Below are positions 38,907 to 48,128 of a stretch of 64,000 bases of DNA, piece after piece. Position 1 is the first letter of the stretch; each line of letters opens with the position of its first letter. Made by a program: the position numbers and the translations under genes. A model generated the notes under the pieces. That model saw only the letters and a program-made list of their open reading frames with translations. It did not search any database and was not told the origin of the DNA. This DNA is from a virus: the IMG/VR virus record IMGVR_UViG_3300045988_145033, positions 114,693 through 178,692 of that record; one strand, 5' to 3'.

Positions 38907-40691
38907 ATGGAAGAAAAAATGACACTTGCCGAATATGGTAAGAAGTTACAAGAGGGAGAAGGTATAACTCCTATTAAAGAAGAAAGCGAAGTATTTGGTG
39001 AAGAAACTAAAAGTGAGAATACTGTAAGCGTTAATACTCCAGCAAGTGAGAGCTTAGATGATGTAGAAGTATTTGACCCAAAAGATGCTTCTAAATTTAT
39101 ACCTAGTATGCAAAGAGTAGCAAACTTATCAGAACGTGGTGGAATAATTCCTGCTATGAATGAAGAAGAAATAGCAGATATGAATAAGAAACTTGAAGGT
39201 GCTGAAAATCTATACATGAAGTATACAGAAAAGGACGCTATTGCATCTATAGAAGCTTTAAGAAGACACGGATATACAGATGCTGAAATAGATGAACTTC
39301 CATATCTTAAACTTCTATCTATAGGTAAAGCTATAATAGAAGACGAGAAAGCTGGAACTGTAGGAGATATGAAAGATAAAGTAGATGAAAATGGAAATAT
39401 AGATATGTCTCATATGAATGAAGAAGTTACAAATAGTGGACTTAAAAAGGTAGATGAAACTGTAAGAGTCGACTCAGCTGTTTCTGGTGTTCAATCTAAT
39501 AATCCTAACCCTACAGTAATAGATAAAGACGGTAAAGACTTAACTAAAGAGGAAGAAGATGAATTAGTAGAAAAATCTCTAAATGATATGCTAGATGCTA
39601 ATAAAAAGGTGTATATTAAATATGCTGATAAACCTTTAAACTCTTATAGAAGAGCAAAGGAATCAAAAGCTAAGAAGCTACTTTCAAGACAAAAAAGAGG
39701 AAATAAGGTAGAAGTATTCCTACCTAACTCAAATCTTATGCTTGAAGTATTTGAAATTCATCAACCTATGATAATAAATGAAGTTATGACTTTAACTCAA
39801 ATGAGCCAAGATATAATGGCTAAGAAAAGAGTAGTGGAAGCTATACTTGAAAGGTCAAATCCTATGTGCTCAGACGGTGATGAGATAACTGTAGACGGTA
39901 TGATGAACTATATATCTTATGACGATTTAGGATACATTTATTTAGCAGCGGCTTATGCAAATACTATAGGAGAAGTTCCTTATGGTGTAAGATGTGAAAA
40001 ATGTGGAACACAAGGAACTATAAAGCTTGATATACCTAAACTATTCACAAAGGCTATACAAGATATACCTGATGATGTAAAAGCTCAATATAACCCTTCT
40101 GATAGCTTTGGTAAGTGTATAGAAAAATCGCTAGCTAATAAGATAGTAGAAGTAAAAGATAAAGATGCAAGAGTTGTAGTAACTCTATCTAATCCGTCTT
40201 TACTTGCTAACTGTACACTAGGACAAGCTATAAAGACATATATTTGCGAATCATTTGCATCTATGATACCTGAACAATTCAAGTTCCAATCTATAGATAC
40301 TAAGTTTGATTTCTTAGCAAATCTTGAATCTAATGAGATTATGAAAACTGTATCAGCTTGTGTAATCTTGTCTTATATAGAAAAGGTAGATATATTCACA
40401 TTTGAAGGCGGAGAAGATAATTGGGATAATCCTGAATTCTTAGATGCTTCTTATGATAGTGATGAAGACGGAGTGGACTTAATGATAGAAACTATGCTAT
40501 CTTTAGAAAAGTCTACTATGGATATAATAGAAAAGACTATAGAAAAGGAATATATAAGAAAGAGAATAGAGCTTGATACTGGAGCTTGGTCTTGTCCTAA
40601 TGAAAAGTGTAAAGCTATTAACTCTTCGAGGGTTGAGGGTTTAGAGCTATTGATTCTTTCTTTGTCTCACAAGATGGAAGAAAGCAAATAG
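38907..40691 (+). CDS. hypothetical protein with two Cys-x2-Cys pairs; possibly baseplate component
   Basis: AGGAGG RBS 9 nt after gp25-like stop. Confidence 0.5.
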   Translation: MEEKMTLAEYGKKLQEGEGITPIKEESEVFGEETKSENTVSVNTPASESLDDVEVFDPKDASKFIPSMQRVANLSERGGIIPAMNEEEIADMNKKLEGAENLYMKYTEKDAIASIEALRRHGYTDAEIDELPYLKLLSIGKAIIEDEKAGTVGDMKDKVDENGNIDMSHMNEEVTNSGLKKVDETVRVDSAVSGVQSNNPNPTVIDKDGKDLTKEEEDELVEKSLNDMLDANKKVYIKYADKPLNSYRRAKESKAKKLLSRQKRGNKVEVFLPNSNLMLEVFEIHQPMIINEVMTLTQMSQDIMAKKRVVEAILERSNPMCSDGDEITVDGMMNYISYDDLGYIYLAAAYANTIGEVPYGVRCEKCGTQGTIKLDIPKLFTKAIQDIPDDVKAQYNPSDSFGKCIEKSLANKIVEVKDKDARVVVTLSNPSLLANCTLGQAIKTYICESFASMIPEQFKFQSIDTKFDFLANLESNEIMKTVSACVILSYIEKVDIFTFEGGEDNWDNPEFLDASYDSDEDGVDLMIETMLSLEKSTMDIIEKTIEKEYIRKRIELDTGAWSCPNEKCKAINSSRVEGLELLILSLSHKMEESK

Positions 40692-41713
40692 GTTTTTTAC
40701 ATAATGTCGTTATCATCTTAGAAGGTAAGTATTCATATGAAACTCTAGCAGAAATGCCTATGAGTGAAATAGAAGCTCTACTTCAACATAATCAAGAATT
40801 TATAAGGATTAGAGATGAGATGATGGAGAAACAAAGACAGAAAGCAGAGCAAGAATCAAGAAACGGAAATAAAAAAGGTAGAACTACTAAAGAACCAATA
40901 TATTATTAAAATAAAAATATATGTGTGGGATATCCCACACATATATTTAGAAATACAAAATATTTCGGAGATAACTTTTATGAGAAGACAATATAAAGAA
41001 TATTATCGACTTACAAAAAGTTATTTAAGAAGATGTGGGACACCCAATGAATATTGATATTGACATTTCAACTCAAAGAAGTGTTCCTAATATTGTAATA
41101 AAAGATTTAGGTAGGCTTTCGCCTACCAATGTCATACATTATTAAATAACTTGTATAAAAGGACACCTAAATAATCTACATAAATTTAAGTACGAGTGAT
41201 ATAATATTCAAACCGAAAAGGATGAAATTATTTCAAATACGTGTTGTGCATATTTTAAGGTGGGCATATGCCCACCCGAGATGTGTCTTGTTAGTTGAAT
41301 TTGAACCAAATAGTTCAAGCTCTCTTCACAAGTGGTAGAATAGGACACCTAAGAGAACCTTGATAAAATCATTATCATGGCTATTAATAGCCATATAAAT
41401 GTTAAATTGAGGGGTGGAGCTCAAAGCTCCACACAATAGGACACCTAAGTCATTAATTAAATTTTATTAAGTTTTCTTCATGGGGTATCATACTTTGATA
41501 TCCAAAAAAGTAATTAAGAATCTTCTCACTTAAAGAGGATTCTGATTCTTAGAAGAGAAAGTAAAGAGAACTACCTCTATCGTAATTCTCTTTCCTTGTC
41601 TAAATGAATAAAGTGGGACACCCAAGGTATTATATGATTTCTACATGAGTAATAAGATAACAATTTTTCCAAATGTTTATGCTATCATTTATCTTGTTAG
41701 TCAATTTTAAAAA
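40692..41713. repeat. gene-free region with 5 direct copies of GGACACCYAA (41046, 41161, 41342, 41439, 41616) interleaved with perfect hairpins (40921-40942, 41110-41127, 41259-41276, 41412-41431)
   Basis: Direct reading; no ORF >60 aa. Confidence 0.7.
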
Positions 41714-42412
41714 TTACATAGTAACCATACATAGTCCATCTGAGCTATCAAGAGATACAATCTTACCGAATATCTCTTTTATCTCTTTATCATAATCTTC
41801 TACAGATTTATGCTTTTCGTATGTATTTATTATATTATCTAAATAATGAACTATTTGAGCTATTCTTTTAACCCAAGTTTCATCTTTAGCACTTTCTATG
41901 TGATGGTCAGGTTTACCGTCTTTCATTACTATCTTATATATAAGCTCATCAAATACAAAAGTATATACTTTAGCATTATTACCTTCAGGGTGTATAGATA
42001 AGCTATCAAGAACCATAACACTATCAGTTATTGCTTGTTCATTCTCTCTTTTACTCATATCAGTAATAAGTACATTCACATCAAATAACTCATATCCATT
42101 ATTTCTCAAATCATTATGAGCTTTATATCTTTCAAGTATAGTCTTATTAGCATCCCAAGTAATATCAGCTTTTTCTATATTATGATTACCTATTACTATT
42201 ATCTCATTCTCAGTTCTTATTCTAATAGTAATATCATTATTAAAAGGATGTCCGTTATATATCCCTATTTCAGTTTCTACACTCTTACCTTGCTTTCTAT
42301 AATGTGATGATACACCTTCTACTATATTTGATATAAATATACCTTTATCCTCTTTACTTAAATACTTAGTAGTACCTATTATATCAATATTTAAAACTAC
42401 CTTACATTTCAT
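41714..42412 (-). CDS. hypothetical protein (232 aa) downstream of GC-rich ncRNA candidate
   Basis: ORF with GGAGG RBS. Confidence 0.5.
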   Translation of the reverse strand: MKCKVVLNIDIIGTTKYLSKEDKGIFISNIVEGVSSHYRKQGKSVETEIGIYNGHPFNNDITIRIRTENEIIVIGNHNIEKADITWDANKTILERYKAHNDLRNNGYELFDVNVLITDMSKRENEQAITDSVMVLDSLSIHPEGNNAKVYTFVFDELIYKIVMKDGKPDHHIESAKDETWVKRIAQIVHYLDNIINTYEKHKSVEDYDKEIKEIFGKIVSLDSSDGLCMVTM

Positions 42413-42527
42413 ATTAATTATCCTCCTTTAAACTTAATTATACGAAAATGTTCATAAACTCTCAAGTTACAATACTTTTTATTTTTATTAAAAAACTTTT
42501 TTCAAAAAAGTGGAAACACTGTTGTGT

Positions 42528-42870
42528 AAAAAACAACCTTGACGTTGGTTGTTGTCCGAGCAGAGCGAGGAGCTGAAGCGTGAGCGGAACCCCAAACCAT
42601 CCCGACCGGTGCCCCTAAGGCAAGGAGTGGAGGGTGGTTAGGGGTTGCCGAGGAACGAGCAAGAACTAATGGCAACGGTGGGAATATCGACCAAGGCAAA
42701 AGAATAAATAAAAATATAATATAAATGTTACTAAATATACAGAAATAGTAATCCTAAATGGATTATTAATTAATATAAAAAATTATAAACAACATATTGC
42801 AGTAGCAAAAAAGAAACGGCTTCGCCTACTCCGCCTGCGGCGAGCCATACGATACTGGTTACAGTAGTAG
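42528..42870 (-). ncRNA. candidate structured non-coding RNA / cis-regulatory leader (GC-rich island) ending in intrinsic terminator
   Basis: GC-rich patches 42541-42700 and 42811-42860 with multiple complementary segments; on minus strand hairpin CAACC-AACGTCAA-GGTTG + TTTTTT at 42528-42551. Confidence 0.4.
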
Positions 42871-42994
42871 TAATACTATATGTAAATACTTATATAAACA
42901 AAATAAATGATATTATTTGAGATAAGTATGTCAAAAATGTAATAGTAATATTTCGTTTTTAATTCAGCCTTATTTAGAATTTTTCTTCTAAAAA

Positions 42995-43020
42995 TATATA
43001 CTCCCGATATGGGAGTATAT
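42995..43020 (-). terminator. terminator ATATACTCCC-GATAT-GGGAGTATAT
   Basis: Follows 43023-43547 stop. Confidence 0.55.
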
Positions 43021-43022
43021 AT

Positions 43023-43547
43023 TTACTTTTTATTATCATAAATTGTAGTAGTAGATAAAAGGTATCTTACTTTCTTTTCTACATAGGTTTCTAAATTCAT
43101 TCCTAAAGCATCTAATATATTAGATACAATAGTATGATACTTATCTGGTAGTATGTAATCAGCTTTAGTAAGTTTATAGTTATCTTGTCTTTTAAACTTA
43201 TAGTAAAACTTATATATTCTTGCAAATAAAGTATTATTAACTGAGTGCATTATATACCAAGTAATAATAGTAGTTACAAGTTCATATTGTGATATATAGA
43301 AATGGTCATCTTTCACTTCTCCATTTATTTGTATCCAATTATCCCTATAATTATTAATATCTTCTAAAGGATATTTATAATCGGAATTATCTTTATCATG
43401 TACTATTCTTATATCCAGTTTATTCCATAATGTAAAGTAATCATCAAAATGAATACTTCTTAAATAGTAAGCTATTCTATTAAACATAAATTCATTTTCA
43501 AATAATTGTGGATACATAAATGTGGGTACTTTATAACCTTCTTGCAT
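43023..43547 (-). CDS. hypothetical protein
   Basis: ORF with AGGAGG RBS; terminator 42995-43020 overlaps stop. Confidence 0.5.
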   Translation of the reverse strand: MQEGYKVPTFMYPQLFENEFMFNRIAYYLRSIHFDDYFTLWNKLDIRIVHDKDNSDYKYPLEDINNYRDNWIQINGEVKDDHFYISQYELVTTIITWYIMHSVNNTLFARIYKFYYKFKRQDNYKLTKADYILPDKYHTIVSNILDALGMNLETYVEKKVRYLLSTTTIYDNKK

Positions 43548-43654
43548 ATTAAAACCTCCTATAAATTATAATTCTATAAATAAGTTTTTAAAATCGTATG
43601 GAACACGAATATGACGATTATATCACTTTAAATAATGTAAAAGGAGGTAGGAAT

Positions 43655-43894
43655 ATGGATTTAAAGAATACTAATAATACAATATCATCTAAAATATATA
43701 ATATTCCTAAAGTAGTATTTAAAGAAGGAAGTTTAAAAATAACAGCAGGAGCTATGAGGGAAATAGTTGATATGTTATGTATAAAAGATGTAGATAATGT
43801 ATTAGAAGAATTAGGAAAGATAATTCCTGTTAGTGAATCTCTTAAAAGTGATATAAAGATTAGAAATGGATTGCTTACAAACTGTAAAGTGTAA
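43655..43894 (+). CDS. small hypothetical protein (start MDLKNT after AAGGAGG; ORF-track start 43598 likely too long)
   Basis: Internal ATG with strong RBS. Confidence 0.45.
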   Translation: MDLKNTNNTISSKIYNIPKVVFKEGSLKITAGAMREIVDMLCIKDVDNVLEELGKIIPVSESLKSDIKIRNGLLTNCKV

Positions 43895-43909
43895 AGGAGG
43901 ATTGGGAAT

Positions 43910-44128
43910 ATGTTTGAGAATTTGGCTCCGGTTACCCCCCTTGAAATTACGGTAATGAACTCAATAAAAATATCATTTTATTTCTATGCTGGAGTAGTAT
44001 GTGCATATCTTTTGACAAGACTTGAAGGAGATATGGAATCGCCATATATAGATAATGCGATAAAAGTTTTAGATATATGGTTTTTTACTTCAATTACAAT
44101 GTATATACTTCTAAAGATAGCGGGGTGA
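43910..44128 (+). CDS. small two-TM membrane protein
   Basis: 72 aa, AAGGAGG RBS, two hydrophobic segments. Confidence 0.45.
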   Translation: MFENLAPVTPLEITVMNSIKISFYFYAGVVCAYLLTRLEGDMESPYIDNAIKVLDIWFFTSITMYILLKIAG

Positions 44129-44134
44129 TATTAA

Positions 44135-45457
44135 ATGCCACAAAAAATGAATTTTTTAACAGCTACAAATCTTGTAGGAGATAAAACTAAAATGGACTTC
44201 TCGTATAAGTTTACAGTATCAATACTTGATAAGAAAATACCTGATGCTTTTGTGCTGTCTTATTTTTATGATAGAGATTTCTTAAATTATATGTATCCGA
44301 AAAGGATACTTAAAGTTTTACTTCTTCCACAAGACTATTATGATATAGTATCAAAACTTGCACCTGATAAACCTTTCGTTCCTGTTACGATTACAATAGA
44401 TATAACTGCAAGACAAAGTGAGATTAATATGACACCCGTACACGTTACAGCGTCTTATTTACAAGGAGAGTTTACAGGTATAGTAGATAAGACTAAGGTT
44501 GACTCAACTGTCCTTAAAACGGCTCAGCAAGCTTCTCAGGCAACAGGAGACAAGCAAGCTATAGGAGTTGAAAATGTATATGAACTTAATATAGCTTTAT
44601 TTGATTTTGATGATTTAAACTTTACAAAAGAAGGAGTAGTATCTGGAAATATTGGAAGTGGTAAGAAAGTAGAAGATATAATAAAACACGCATTCGACGT
44701 ATGTAAAGGAAAGAATAAGTGTAAACTTGCAATGGCACCGCCTGATAATAAAACTCCTGTAAAAAATTGTATCATATCAGCACAAGGATTTTTAGACTTC
44801 TTAAAATTTATAGATAGAGAATACGGGGTTTATAAATCTAAATACAATGTCTATGTAGAAGACGGAACTTGCTATATACTAAATACCGAAAAGAACGATA
44901 CAGGTATGAATAAGGTTATGCAAGGAACGAAAGACGATAAGATAGATATAAATGTATATGAAGCTAAAAATAAACCTTTACAATTATACGGTATATCTTT
45001 AAACGAAGACCACTTTAGATATAATGTATTTAAAAATAGTATGATACAAGATGAGATAACACTCGATGCTATAATGCGTCCAGTTGAATATACTATTAAC
45101 TCATCAGGACAAAAGTCTAAATCTCAAGAATCTCAAAATAAAAAGGAAACTATATCACCTACAGTTAAGGTAAATGCTGGAAGAACTAGAAGTATCACAA
45201 AGGATAATAAAAATCCGTCTTTTAAAGGTGTAGTAATACTCGATGATGTTCCAGTCCACGTTATGCCTTATACGATTGTGAATTATGTAGCTGATAATAG
45301 AAAGGGTACTTGTATGATAGAAAGAGTTACAAATATGTGGGCAAAAGGAAGATGTGTAACTGAACTACATATAAAATCATACGATAAGTTCTTACCATAT
45401 AATGTACCTGAATCACAAAAGGGTAAAAACCCTGATAAAACTTCAAATCAAAAATAA
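44135..45457 (+). CDS. hypothetical protein
   Basis: ORF. Confidence 0.5.
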   Translation: MPQKMNFLTATNLVGDKTKMDFSYKFTVSILDKKIPDAFVLSYFYDRDFLNYMYPKRILKVLLLPQDYYDIVSKLAPDKPFVPVTITIDITARQSEINMTPVHVTASYLQGEFTGIVDKTKVDSTVLKTAQQASQATGDKQAIGVENVYELNIALFDFDDLNFTKEGVVSGNIGSGKKVEDIIKHAFDVCKGKNKCKLAMAPPDNKTPVKNCIISAQGFLDFLKFIDREYGVYKSKYNVYVEDGTCYILNTEKNDTGMNKVMQGTKDDKIDINVYEAKNKPLQLYGISLNEDHFRYNVFKNSMIQDEITLDAIMRPVEYTINSSGQKSKSQESQNKKETISPTVKVNAGRTRSITKDNKNPSFKGVVILDDVPVHVMPYTIVNYVADNRKGTCMIERVTNMWAKGRCVTELHIKSYDKFLPYNVPESQKGKNPDKTSNQK

Positions 45458-45478
45458 TAAAATAGGAGATGATTTATA

Positions 45479-46042
45479 ATGCTTAAAAATGACAGATTTA
45501 CTTTGCTTATTGGAACAAGACCTAGTAAGGATTCTAATGCTTATTCGTTTTCAAATATATACGCATTAGACGGTAGTGTTCCACAACCTCTATATGAAAC
45601 ATTAGAACAAAACGTTTTGAAGAGAAATGAGGACTTACCTCAAAGAGCCGAAGAACTTATAAGAAAGACTATTGCTATGTCTTTAAAGGGTACAGGAGAA
45701 GCTATAGTGTATATAACAGATTTAGCTTACTCATCTGAGATAACGATATCTCGTAGCAATCCTTTTATCTTTGATAAAATAAAAGGAATAGACATAAACT
45801 CAGAAGAAGTAATATCTCAAAAGAAATATAAAGATATACTTGCAGAGCATCATTTAAAATCTGTGTATGCTGTTGAGAATATGCAAATTATGATACATGG
45901 AGAAAGAAATGCTATAAGGCTTGAATATGACCCAAGTGTTAAGAATTTAGAGGACTTGAACGAAAATGTTCCGTCTTCACTTACATTCTTAGATGACCTT
46001 TCTAAGTTCTTAGCAATTATAAAGAACGGTGTCTTTAGATAA
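45479..46042 (+). CDS. hypothetical protein
   Basis: ORF with AGGAG RBS. Confidence 0.5.
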   Translation: MLKNDRFTLLIGTRPSKDSNAYSFSNIYALDGSVPQPLYETLEQNVLKRNEDLPQRAEELIRKTIAMSLKGTGEAIVYITDLAYSSEITISRSNPFIFDKIKGIDINSEEVISQKKYKDILAEHHLKSVYAVENMQIMIHGERNAIRLEYDPSVKNLEDLNENVPSSLTFLDDLSKFLAIIKNGVFR

Positions 46043-46130
46043 CAAAAGTAATAGGAACTTTTAAAACCCAACTTACCGTTTTACAGTTCCTCCTTTAAAT
46101 TTTTTATATGATAGATGCTTACGGGGATAG

Positions 46131-46156
46131 TATTATGTGGGGTAACTCCCACATAA
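46131..46156 (+). terminator. terminator ATTATGTGGG-GTAACT-CCCACATAAT + TTTTTC
   Basis: Downstream of 45479-46042. Confidence 0.6.
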
Positions 46157-46337
46157 TATTTTTCTTGTATTTTAGGAACACCTTTTTGAATTATAGCACT
46201 TAAGATTCTATACCTTATCTGTCTTCTGTTGCTATCTGTTATTCCTTAAAATTTTAAGTTAATCGCTATAAGGTATAGAAAAACTCTTTTGAATTTAGAT
46301 TAAATATATAATACTCCCGTTGTGGGAGTATTATATA

Positions 46338-47681
46338 TTATCCGTTTATTTTTGCGAGAAGTTCGTCTGATAACTTAACTTCTCCTCTATCTGCTGTATC
46401 TATGATAGATTCGTAATCGGTAAATATAAACTGCTCTTTATATTCGCTGAATTTTTCAAATAGCATCAAGTTTATATATATCTTTACGTCAAATGATTTA
46501 TTAACCATATTCTTATCCAAAAGCTTTATTAAAAGTTCTTCTTTATAAGATATAGCTATTTTATCAGTTGATACATAAGATGAAGATTGCTCTACTTTAT
46601 TATTTTCTCTTATAAGAATATAGATAGCGTCTGAATACGGTATCTTTTGCTTAAAGCACCATTCTAAGAAAGGAAACCAATCGTCCATAAATGGAAGTAG
46701 AGTATATACAAATACATCTTTTTCAAAGAATACAGTTTTGTGTACTCTTGCAGTAAATACAACACCGTTTTTTGTATAAGTATCATTTACTCTATCTACT
46801 TCTATTTCTCCGGGTTTATCTATCATCTTAGGAGTATCAATATGAAGCCAAGGATATCTCTCTTTTGGATTTATCCAGTACATACGTGGAGAGTTGTATC
46901 TTAGATTTAAAGTCCTATGAACTATATAAGCTCCTGCTGTATAGTCCTGCTCATTGTCAGTTCTTATATCAGAAGGACCAAATGCAAACAATATTTCCAT
47001 AGGAATTCTTATATGTATTTGCTCTCTTTGTCTTAGATGATTTACTTCTCTTGTAAGTTTAGTATCTGACCTTTCTTGCATATGTTTTAAAACTGCATCT
47101 AAATCATTCTTGTCTAAACTAAAGGTATCACACCAAAAGTTAAATACTTCGTCTGATATAGGAAACTTAATCTCAGCAAACATTGAGTATTCCTTATCCT
47201 TTTCAAATAGTGTATCCCAAGCTCTACGAGAATTAGTTTGAAGTGCATAAGTTTCTTCTACAACAGCTACATCGCAATTAAGCTCAGTATCTGACCACTG
47301 TAGTATCACTTCTATATTTTTAGATAAGTCAGTCTTATCACTATTTTCTAAAAGCTTATCTCCAGTTATAGTAGGTGGTAAGTACCTTATAGGAGTTGTA
47401 AGCTGAGAAGTAGACAGTGCTCTTTCGGTAGGGTCATCATCTGGCATATAAGATAAAGATAGTGTAGGGTGAGTTTTCTCTAAAATAGAACGTGGGTGCT
47501 TACCTCTTTTCTTATTTTGCATAAATGGTTCTATATTTGTAACTACCTTATCATTTATAGCTCTACCTGTCATCTTCTCTATATAGTAAGCAATATATGA
47601 GTTTGCTATATAAGCGACAGAATCATTAACTTCCATAGTTTCATTAAATATTAAGTAATTTATCTTAATAGGTTCTGACAT
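46338..47681 (-). CDS. hypothetical protein (start MSEPIKIN after AAGGAGG; ORF-track start 47747 likely too long)
   Basis: ORF, internal start with strong RBS. Confidence 0.5.
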   Translation of the reverse strand: MSEPIKINYLIFNETMEVNDSVAYIANSYIAYYIEKMTGRAINDKVVTNIEPFMQNKKRGKHPRSILEKTHPTLSLSYMPDDDPTERALSTSQLTTPIRYLPPTITGDKLLENSDKTDLSKNIEVILQWSDTELNCDVAVVEETYALQTNSRRAWDTLFEKDKEYSMFAEIKFPISDEVFNFWCDTFSLDKNDLDAVLKHMQERSDTKLTREVNHLRQREQIHIRIPMEILFAFGPSDIRTDNEQDYTAGAYIVHRTLNLRYNSPRMYWINPKERYPWLHIDTPKMIDKPGEIEVDRVNDTYTKNGVVFTARVHKTVFFEKDVFVYTLLPFMDDWFPFLEWCFKQKIPYSDAIYILIRENNKVEQSSSYVSTDKIAISYKEELLIKLLDKNMVNKSFDVKIYINLMLFEKFSEYKEQFIFTDYESIIDTADRGEVKLSDELLAKING

Positions 47682-47776
47682 TTTAAAACCTCCTTTTAAT
47701 ATATAAAATATCACAAAAATGTTCCTAAACACCCAGTTTTGAAACATTTTTAATAAGTGGGCGAAAGGAGTTTATT

Positions 47777-48085
47777 ATGTTCAATTTCTTTGGAAGTATA
47801 ATAAATAAAGTTCTAGGATTATTTGGAAAGAAGATGGATAATGATAAAGCCAAGAATGATAATCAGACAGATATAAAGAAAACTGAGATACAATCAGAAG
47901 ACCATGTTGTAAGAAGATATAAGTATTATATCATTATGATATGTGTAGGACTTATAGTGTCTGAAGCGTTTGGAGTTAGACTTGCCATACTTCGTTATTT
48001 CAATGTAGACTCAAGCCTTATAAACTTTGAAAAGATATTAAATATTGCTATAGAATTATTATCATCTGAATTTACAGGAAACTGA
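47777..48085 (+). CDS. small protein with central TM segment
   Basis: AAGGAG RBS. Confidence 0.45.
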   Translation: MFNFFGSIINKVLGLFGKKMDNDKAKNDNQTDIKKTEIQSEDHVVRRYKYYIIMICVGLIVSEAFGVRLAILRYFNVDSSLINFEKILNIAIELLSSEFTGN

Positions 48086-48128
48086 TGAGTTCAGATGATG
48101 CCCACTCATATATTAAAAGGAGGAACGT

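Noticed and set aside
41290-41400. Possible tRNA (AGTGGTAGAATAGG resembles a D-loop)
   Set aside because: No GTTCRANYC T-arm and no acceptor-stem complementarity. No tRNA-like cloverleaf found anywhere in the window.
40692-41713. Possible CRISPR array
   Set aside because: The repeats are only about 10-13 nt, the spacing is irregular (97-181 nt), and the intervening sequences contain their own palindromes. This is not CRISPR-like.
42502-42699. 65-aa minus-strand ORF inside the GC-rich island
   Set aside because: The P/A/R/G-rich translation is typical of reading through GC-rich non-coding RNA. There is no RBS, and the composition is unlike every other protein in the window.
42528-42700. Type III toxin-antitoxin (ToxI-like repeat RNA plus ToxN-like toxin)
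   Set aside because: The terminator-then-gene layout fits. The GC island has only loose direct similarity between segments (GTTGTCCGAGCAGAGCGAG vs GTTGCCGAGGAACGAGCAAG), not clean tandem repeats. It is kept as an alternative hypothesis only.
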